Assembly: GCA_963741205.1 (NCBI GenBank)
Contig: CAVUHW010000034.1
Span: 32,001 to 96,000 of the forward strand
From: Nitrospirota bacterium
Lineage (GTDB): Bacteria; Nitrospirota; UBA9217
Direction: 5' to 3'
Length of the DNA stretch: 64,000 bases
Below are positions 57,505 to 64,000 of this stretch, in pieces. The notes beneath the pieces were generated by a model. That model was given only the letters and a program-made list of their open reading frames with translations, did not search any database and had not been told where the DNA came from. The position numbers and the translations under genes are program-made. Numbering within the stretch: the stretch's first letter is position 1; every line of letters begins with the position of its first letter.

Positions 57505-57611
57505 CTCCTTATGGGTTATAGCCCTTCCCACTATAAAGCCTCCTTTTCCGTTGTCCTATCCCACGAGGGGAGAGGGGTGAGGGGAGTTTATTGAATGGGA
57601 AGAGCAAGGAG
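57505..57611 (-). promoter_or_regulatory. Putative S6:S18 ribosomal-protein leader RNA
   Basis: CUCCUU pairs with the SD AAGGAG; GCUCUUCCCA pairs with UGGGAAGGGC; unpaired ACCC lies next to the SD. Confidence 0.65.
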
Positions 57612-57747
57612 TAATCCCGCGTGTTGTGCCATCGGGAATCGACCTTACTCATTTTGGGAAGTAGAACATTATCATAGGCAGGTCGGAAAATCAAGCCTTT
57701 TCTCTCGTTGTTTTTGCGACTCTGCCACGATCACGACGCGCTGTTAT

Positions 57748-58319
57748 CAAACGCGCCGTAAAACCCCGTCCTTGTCCGCGATGCAGACGCTCGTGGCGTC
57801 TCCACGATCATCGTGGGGGACCTTAAGGACATCAGAGACGGCAAAGACTGGGGAGACAGTGGGAACCAGAAGTTCCACAAATGGCCGTTCGATAGAATCA
57901 TCAAGATGATCACCTACAAGGCCAGAATGAAGGGTATCCGCGTTGTTACAGAAACCGAGGAATACACAAGCCAAACCTGCTGCGTGTGTGGGGTAAGGCA
58001 AAAGTCCAATCGTGTCCATCGGGGCCTCTATGTGTGTAACAAATGCGGAGCCGTGATCAACGCTGACGTGAACGGCGCAGTAAACATCCTTACAAGGTAT
58101 CTCCCGGGACAGATAAGTGCTCCCTGGAGTAGTGGCTGTTTGGCACAGCCTGCGGTCAACCGGTTTGCCTGGAGAAAAACCAGGCCAGCAGTATTAGCCC
58201 ATAAACCGGGGACGTGGCACACATCCCTGCCGCAACCGCGAACGGAATCAGTAGTGGCCCTTACGGCAGTAAGAGTCTGATTCGGGAATCTCCAGCCTTC
58301 AGGCCGGGGAGGATGTCAA
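57748..58319 (+). mobile_element. Internally deleted family B TnpB element
   Basis: After TTAT; 26 nt of left end joined at CTT to the mid-tnpB sequence; 3' region and right end GATGTCAA intact. Confidence 0.88.
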
Positions 58320-58331
58320 GAGTATTTTTTA

Positions 58332-58360
58332 TTGACAAAACCTGCATACTGTTCTATTAT
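58332..58360 (+). promoter_or_regulatory. sigma70 promoter
   Basis: TTGACA-17 bp-TATTAT. Confidence 0.75.
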
Positions 58361-58422
58361 CCTTTTTACTTTTAAATTGAGCGGTTAGCAGTATAATTTC
58401 TTTAAAAAAGAAAGGGTTATCA

Positions 58423-59595
58423 ATGCCCGAGCAGTTCGGCAGGATCAAGAGACTGCCGCCCTATGTTTTTGCGATTGTCAACACGATGAAGATCGAAGCG
58501 CGCAGGCGCGGCGAGGACATCATTGATCTCGGGATGGGCAATCCTGACCAGGGTACGCCGCAGCATATTGTCGACAAGTTGATCGAGGCTGCACGGAATC
58601 CCAAGAATCACCGCTATTCCGCGTCCAAGGGCATCACCAAACTGCGCACTGCCGTCTGCGACTGGTACAAAAGGCGCTATGACGTTGATCTCGACCCCGA
58701 ATCCGAGACCGTGGTTACCATCGGCTCCAAGGAGGGGCTGTCCCATCTCGCGCTTGCCACGGTCGAACCGGGCGACGTGGTGCTCACCACCACGCCGGCC
58801 TATCCCATTCATCCCTATGCCGTGATTATCGCGGGCGGCGAGGTGCGCTCCATTCCGCTTCGCAAAGACAGCGATTTCTTCTTTGACATGCAGGAGGCCT
58901 ACAAGAACACCTGGCCACGGCCAAAGATGCTGATCATCAATTTCCCGAACAACCCGACCACTACGGTCGTGGACGCGGCTTTTTTCCAAAAGATCGCCGA
59001 CTTTGCCCATGAAAACAATATCATCGTAGTCCACGATCTGGCCTATGCGGACCTGAACTTTGACGGCTACCGGGCGCCGAGCTTTCTCCAGGCAAAGGGC
59101 GCGAAGGATGTGGGGGTGGAGTTTTTCAGCCTCACGAAGAGTTATAATATGGCAGGCTGGCGCGTCGGCTTCTGCTGCGGCAACAAGGACGTAGTCGGCG
59201 CGCTCATCAAGATCAAGAGCTACCTGGACTACGGTATGTTTCAGCCCATCCAGATCGCGTCGATCATCGCGCTGAACGGGCCGCAGGAATGCGTGGGCGA
59301 GATAACGGACATGTACCGCTCACGGCGCGACGTGCTCATCGACGGTCTGGATAAGGCAGGTTGGAAGATCGACAAGCCCAAGGCCACCATGTTCGTTTGG
59401 GCCGAGATCCCGGAGCCGTTCAGGAAGATGGGGTCCATCGAGTTTTCAAAGCACCTGATCAAAGAGGCGAAGGTCGCGGTGTCGCCGGGCATCGGTTTCG
59501 GCGAATACGGCGACAGTCACGTACGCTTCGCGCTCATCGAGAACGAACACCGCCTCCGCCAGGCGGCGAAGGGGATCAAGCAGGCGCTGCAATAG
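58423..59595 (+). CDS. Class I/II PLP aminotransferase (AlaC-like)
   Basis: [29 protein letters not shown] and [15 protein letters not shown]. Confidence 0.88.
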   Translation: MPEQFGRIKRLPPYVFAIVNTMKIEARRRGEDIIDLGMGNPDQGTPQHIVDKLIEAARNPKNHRYSASKGITKLRTAVCDWYKRRYDVDLDPESETVVTIGSKEGLSHLALATVEPGDVVLTTTPAYPIHPYAVIIAGGEVRSIPLRKDSDFFFDMQEAYKNTWPRPKMLIINFPNNPTTTVVDAAFFQKIADFAHENNIIVVHDLAYADLNFDGYRAPSFLQAKGAKDVGVEFFSLTKSYNMAGWRVGFCCGNKDVVGALIKIKSYLDYGMFQPIQIASIIALNGPQECVGEITDMYRSRRDVLIDGLDKAGWKIDKPKATMFVWAEIPEPFRKMGSIEFSKHLIKEAKVAVSPGIGFGEYGDSHVRFALIENEHRLRQAAKGIKQALQ

Positions 59596-59607
59596 CATAA
59601 TCTATTT

Positions 59608-59705
59608 TCAAAATCCGTAAATCAGAAAAAATGTCAAATTTCAGTATTGATTGATTTCGATCATTCGAATTTGTCCCGTGTTTGGCGTTTCGAATTCAGG
59701 GTTTG
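59608..59705. repeat. Degenerate inverted short-repeat insert
   Basis: aaatccg, aaatcag, aaatgtc, aaatttc on the left; tttcgat, ttcgaattt, ttcgaattc on the right. Confidence 0.4.
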
Positions 59706-59723
59706 AATAACAAGGTGGATGAA

Positions 59724-61089
59724 ATGACATCAAAGAAATCAGTCAACGTCGGCATCATCGGTTTCGGCACCGTGGGCACGGGTACGGCGCGCATCCTTAT
59801 CGAGAACGCGGACATCATCCGGCGCAGGCTGGGCGTGCCCGTCGTTCTGAAGAAGATATCGGACCTCGATATTAAGAGGGACCGGGGCATCAAACTGGGC
59901 GAGGTCAAGCTGACGACCGATGCGAAGGAAGTCATCGGAGACCCGGACATAGACGTCGTGGTCGAGCTCATCGGCGGATATAAGCCGGCCAAGGAGTTCA
60001 TCCTCGAGGCGATCAGGAACAAGAAGCACGTGGTCACGGCGAACAAGGCGCTTTTAGCCGTCCACGGCGAGGAGATCTATGCCGCCGCGGAAAAATCCCG
60101 CGTGACCGTGGGGTACGAGGCCTCGGTGGCCGGCGGCATCCCGATCCTGGCGGCAGTCAGGAGCGGTCTCGCCGCCAATAACATCAAGTCCATCTACGGT
60201 ATCGTAAACGGCACCTGCAATTATATCCTGACGCTCATGACCAACGCGGGCAGGAAGTTTGATGAGGTGCTTCGCGAGGCCCAGGCCAAGGGGTACGCCG
60301 AGGCGGACCCGACCTTCGATATTGAAGGCATCGACTCGGCCCACAAGCTCGCGGTCCTCACGATGCTCGCCTACGGCACGCCGGTGAAGTTTACTGACAT
60401 CTACACCGAGGGAATATCGAAGATCACGCCGCTTGATATCGATTTCGCGAGGGACCTCGGGTACAAAATCAAGCTCCTCGCCATAACCAAGATGGCGAAT
60501 GGAGAAATTGAGGCGCGGGTGCATCCAACCATGCTCCCCGAAGAATATCCCATCGCAACGGTGGACGGCGTGTTCAACGCCCTTTCGGTCGTCGGCGACG
60601 CCGTCGGCTCGACCATGTTTTACGGAAGGGGAGCGGGGGACATGCCGACCGGCAGCGCCGTGGTGAGCGATATCATCGACATCGGCCGGGACGTGCTCGC
60701 AGGCTGCGCGGACCGTTCTCCGGTGACTGCGTTCCGGGATCGTTCACCGCTCAAGATACGAAAGATGGACGATATCACGTCCTGCTACTATCTCCGGTTC
60801 TCGGCCATGGATCAAGCCCGGCGTGCTGTCGCGGATCACCGGCGTTCTTGGAAAGAACAACATCAGCATCTCCTCGATGATCCAGAAGGGGCGAAAGGTC
60901 GATGAAGCGGTGCCCGTGGTGATGATGACCCATGATGCCGTGGAACGCGATGTCCGCAAGGCGCTTGACGAGATCAATAGAATGGATTGCGTGTCCGGCG
61001 CTACGGTCGTGATCAGGGTGGAAGAGGGGACAACAGGCATAAATGGGGAATGCGGAATGCGGAACGAGAGGCGGCGACCGCAGGTCTAA
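59724..61089 (+). CDS. hom: Homoserine dehydrogenase with ACT domain, frameshift near 60815
   Basis: GFGTVG, VVTANKAL, GIVNGTCNYIL, YAEADP and GAGDMPTGSAV. Confidence 0.95.
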
Positions 61090-61128
61090 ATTTATTCCGC
61101 ATTCCAAATTCGCCATTTCAGCATTCGG
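61042..61128. repeat. Inverted heptamer-repeat insert (AATGCGG / ATTCCGC)
   Basis: aatgggg aatgcgg aatgcgg ... attccgc attccaa attcgcc atttcagc attcgg. Confidence 0.75.
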
Positions 61129-61136
61129 AGGTTTCC

Positions 61137-61421
61137 ATGGCCGACGAAATCAAGATAGACAAAACCCTCGACATCAAAGGCCAGGTCTGCCCGTATACCT
61201 TTGTCCGCTCCAAGCTGGCAATTGAAAAGATGAATCTCGGCGAGGTGCTCGAGATCGTCACGGACCACAAACCGGCCTCGGAAAATGTTCCCCGGAGCAT
61301 GGAAAATGAGGGACAAAAGGTCCTGAAAATCGATCAGACCACTGAAAAAGAGTGGCATATCTTCGTCCGGAAGGACAAGGAAGAAGAAAAAGACCGTAAG
61401 ACAGTTGTCAGCCACGGATGA
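61137..61421 (+). CDS. TusA/SirA-family sulfurtransferase
   Basis: LDIKGQVCPYTFVRSKL and LEIVTD. Confidence 0.88.
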   Translation: MADEIKIDKTLDIKGQVCPYTFVRSKLAIEKMNLGEVLEIVTDHKPASENVPRSMENEGQKVLKIDQTTEKEWHIFVRKDKEEEKDRKTVVSHG

Positions 61422-61464
61422 CCCGACAACGTCGGGACCAGTGGTTGCATCTAAGGGGTTTACC

Positions 61465-62269
61465 ATGGAATTCACCGAAGACCAGATATTGCGCTACAGC
61501 AGGCACATCCTGCTCCCCGAGGTCGGGGGCGATGGGCAGGAAAAGATCCTGAACGCGAAGGTCGTGCTCGTCGGCGCCGGCGGGCTCGGCTCTCCGGTAG
61601 GGTACTATCTCGCCGCCGCGGGAGTCGGCACGATCGGCGTGATCGACAACGACCGCGTGGAGATATCGAACCTCCAGCGCCAGATCGCGCACAACACGAG
61701 CAGGCTCGGCGTGCTTGAAGGCGGATTCGGCGAAAGAGACCTACGAGACGCTGAACCACGACGTGAAGGTGGTAACCCATAAGGAGCGGCTCACGTCCGC
61801 GAACATCATGGGCATCATCAAGGACTACGATATCGTCGTGGACGGGAGCGACAATTTCCCGACCCGCTACCTCGTCAATGACGCCTGCGTGATGCTCAAG
61901 AAAACGCTGGTGAGCGCGGCCGTCTTCCGGTTCGAGGGCCAGGTGATGACCATCGTTCCGGGCCAGGGGCCGTGTTACCGCTGCCTGTTCGAGGTCCCGC
62001 CCCCGCCCGGCATGGTGCCGTCCTGCCAGGAAGCGGGCATCCTGGGCGTGGTGACAGGCGTGATCGGGACAATCCAGGCCACGGAAGTGATCAAGTCCAT
62101 TCTCGGCATCGGCAATCTTCTCAAGGGGAAACTTCTTCTCTGGAACGCGCTCGATATGAGTTTTCGCACGGTCAAGGTGCCCCGGAACAAGGAATGCCCG
62201 GTCTGCGGGGAACACCCGACGATTACCGAACTGATCGATTACGAGTGGTTCTGTTCGATGAGCCACTAG
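61465..62269 (+). CDS. ThiF/MoeB-family sulfur-carrier adenylyltransferase, frameshift near 61715
   Basis: RYSRHI, GAGGLG, SNLQRQ, DNFPTR, CYRC and CPVC. Confidence 0.92.
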
Positions 62270-62270
62270 G

Positions 62271-62408
62271 AAATGCGGATTGCGAATATCACCCTGCACT
62301 CGCGCTAGGCACTCGTAAACGCTGGGCGCAGGCGGATTGCAGATTTGAATCAGGGGACCGGCACGGTCTTTCCGCGGTTTCATTCCGCCATCTGAAATTC
62401 GTAATCAA
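62271..62408. repeat. Inverted heptamer-repeat insert (GCGGATT / ATTCCGC-like)
   Basis: aatgcgg attgcga ... gcggattgcagattt ... attccgc catctga aattcgt aatc. Confidence 0.55.
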
Positions 62409-62414
62409 TGATCA

Positions 62415-62836
62415 ATGTTGATTTTCAAGAAATCCGATATGCAGGCCATCTTCGACCATTGCATCGCGGGTCTCCCGAATGAAGCCTGCGGTATCCTTGC
62501 GGGTAACAAGGAGAGGGTGGAAAAGGTATACACGATTACGAACGCGAAACCGGGCCCGGCCTACTACGAAATGGACCCGGTGGAGCAGTTCAGGGTCATG
62601 ACGGATCTTCGCCGGGCAGGCTTCGCGATGATTGGCACGTTCCATTCCCACCCAACCGGTCAGGCTTATCCGTCCAGTGTAGATATTCAGAAGGCTTACT
62701 GGACCGGGACAACGTTGCCAAACTATCCCGATGTGGTATATGTGATCGTTTCGCTCCTTGACCGCGCCGCTCCCGTCGCCAAGGGTTACTTCATCAGGAA
62801 GGAACGATCAGTGAAGTCCCGTTGTCCGTGGAATAG
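62415..62836 (+). CDS. JAB/MPN (M67, Mec-like) metallopeptidase, 3' frameshift
   Basis: PNEACGIL and HSHP...YPSSVD JAMM motif. Confidence 0.88.
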
Positions 62837-62963
62837 CCGTATCTGCCGCATGATAGAAAACTCGCCGCAGATTTCTCAGACGACGCGGAGTCTAAGCACC
62901 AGGGTTCATTCTCTGAAATCTGAACATTCATAGAAGATTCGATTCTCCCGGGAGGACTGATTC

Positions 62964-63239
62964 ATGGCGATCAAAGTAAGAATACCGACCCCGCTGCAGA
63001 AACTCACGAACGGCAAGGCCGAGGTCGAGTGCATCGCGAAAAACATCAATGAACTGGTCGATGCGCTTGAGAAGGACTTTCCGGGCATGAAGGAGCGGCT
63101 GTCGGACGGCGGCAAGATCAGGCGGTTCATCAATATTTATGTGAACGAAGAGGATATCCGGTTCGAGAACAAGGAAGAGACCACTCTCAAGGACGGCGAT
63201 AGCGTCTCTATCGTCCCGGCTATTGCAGGCGGCTGCTGA
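62964..63239 (+). CDS. MoaD/ThiS (CysO-like) sulfur carrier protein ending GG-C
   Basis: RIPTPL, FINIYVNEEDIR and SIVPAIAGGC*. Confidence 0.9.
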   Translation: MAIKVRIPTPLQKLTNGKAEVECIAKNINELVDALEKDFPGMKERLSDGGKIRRFINIYVNEEDIRFENKEETTLKDGDSVSIVPAIAGGC

Positions 63240-63357
63240 GGAAGAATCAGTTTATCGCTGATTGCTCACATCTGATAGCAGTTGCCATGAACGATGGGCC
63301 ACAGGCCAAGAGCCCTGTACATCGCGAACTTTGCGGCGAGCAGGTTAAGGAGGCACC

Positions 63358-63600
63358 ATGGCAACGAAGAGGCTCAAGCTGACCTTTCCACAGGAACTGA
63401 TCAAGGAACCCGTGATTTTCATGATGGCCAGAAAATTCGACGTGATGCCGAATATCCGGCGTGCCAAGGTTACCGAAAGCGTGGGAGAGGTAATCCTGGA
63501 ACTGGAAGGGGCTGAGAACAAACTTGAAGAGGGCATCGCCTTTCTCAAGGAACGGGGTATCAAGGTCGAAACAGTCGAATGGGACCCGGAGAATTCCTGA
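63358..63600 (+). CDS. NIL-domain protein
   Basis: LTFPQELIKEPVI...PNIRRAKV...ELEG. Confidence 0.82.
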   Translation: MATKRLKLTFPQELIKEPVIFMMARKFDVMPNIRRAKVTESVGEVILELEGAENKLEEGIAFLKERGIKVETVEWDPENS

Positions 63601-63638
63601 AGAACGGCGGCGATTCAAGCGGTTTTCTCCAGGGAGCC

Positions 63639-63784
63639 GTCATTCCCGAGGGTTTCTATCCCCGATAGGCTCGTTCGGGATGAATCTGGTTTTTTTAACT
63701 CACTATCCCTGATAAAGGCCCCGATAGAACCATTCGAGAGCAAGATTCGGGGCCTGCCGCCGGATGAAGTAAGCAGGGGATAAC
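63639..63784. repeat. REP-like composite palindromic element
   Basis: gtcattcccg start; nested aggccccga/tcggggcct and tatccctg/caggggata pairings. Confidence 0.5.
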
Positions 63785-63811
63785 TATTTGGTTGCGGCTG
63801 GAGGCCGCGCT

Positions 63812-64000
63812 ATGAAATACATCATCTTATTGGGAGACGGCATGGCCGACAGGCCGCATGAAGGACTGGGCGGCAAGACGTGCCTGCAGGCGGCAAGGAC
63901 GCCGAACCTCGATCTCCTGGCATCGCAGGGGCAGGTCGGGATGGTCCACACGATCCCGCCCGGGTTTCCACCGGGCAGCGACGTGGCCAATCTTACGGTC
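63812..64000 (+). CDS. ApgM-type cofactor-independent phosphoglycerate mutase / proposed homoserine kinase (partial)
   Basis: MKYIILLGDGMAD...LGGKT.LQAA.TPNLD...PGSDVANL; runs off the window. Confidence 0.88.
   Translation, partial: MKYIILLGDGMADRPHEGLGGKTCLQAARTPNLDLLASQGQVGMVHTIPPGFPPGSDVANLTV

Overview
Bacterial chromosomal window with GC-rich genes and AT-rich intergenic tracts. Gene content suggests an anaerobic Nitrospirota/Desulfobacterota-like organism (inference). Many conserved genes carry single-base frameshifts (FKBP, plsC, nagZ, ade, katG, cysK, hom, moeB), most simply explained by uncorrected long-read indels, so I joined them. Housekeeping content: purine/NAD salvage, typA, nth, rpsF-ssb-rpsR-DUF2232, perR-katG, and an aminotransferase-hom-sulfur-carrier operon. 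Accessory or decaying content: truncated pgi/lpd/tal, four TnpB elements in two families, a MITE, REP-like palindromes, an orphan integron-like cassette and a tandem duplication. Best candidate for an undescribed system: a large exported di-heme peroxidase/MauG-superfamily protein whose hidden C-terminus is an Ig-like plus dockerin-like module, followed by a cohesin-like lipoprotein (9687-12904), i.e. a possible cohesin-dockerin surface tether for a redox enzyme. Also notable: a HesB-like selenoprotein with a SECIS-like hairpin missed by the ORF track, and a recurring family of inverted short-tandem-repeat inserts at operon junctions. No rRNA, tRNA or CRISPR array was seen.
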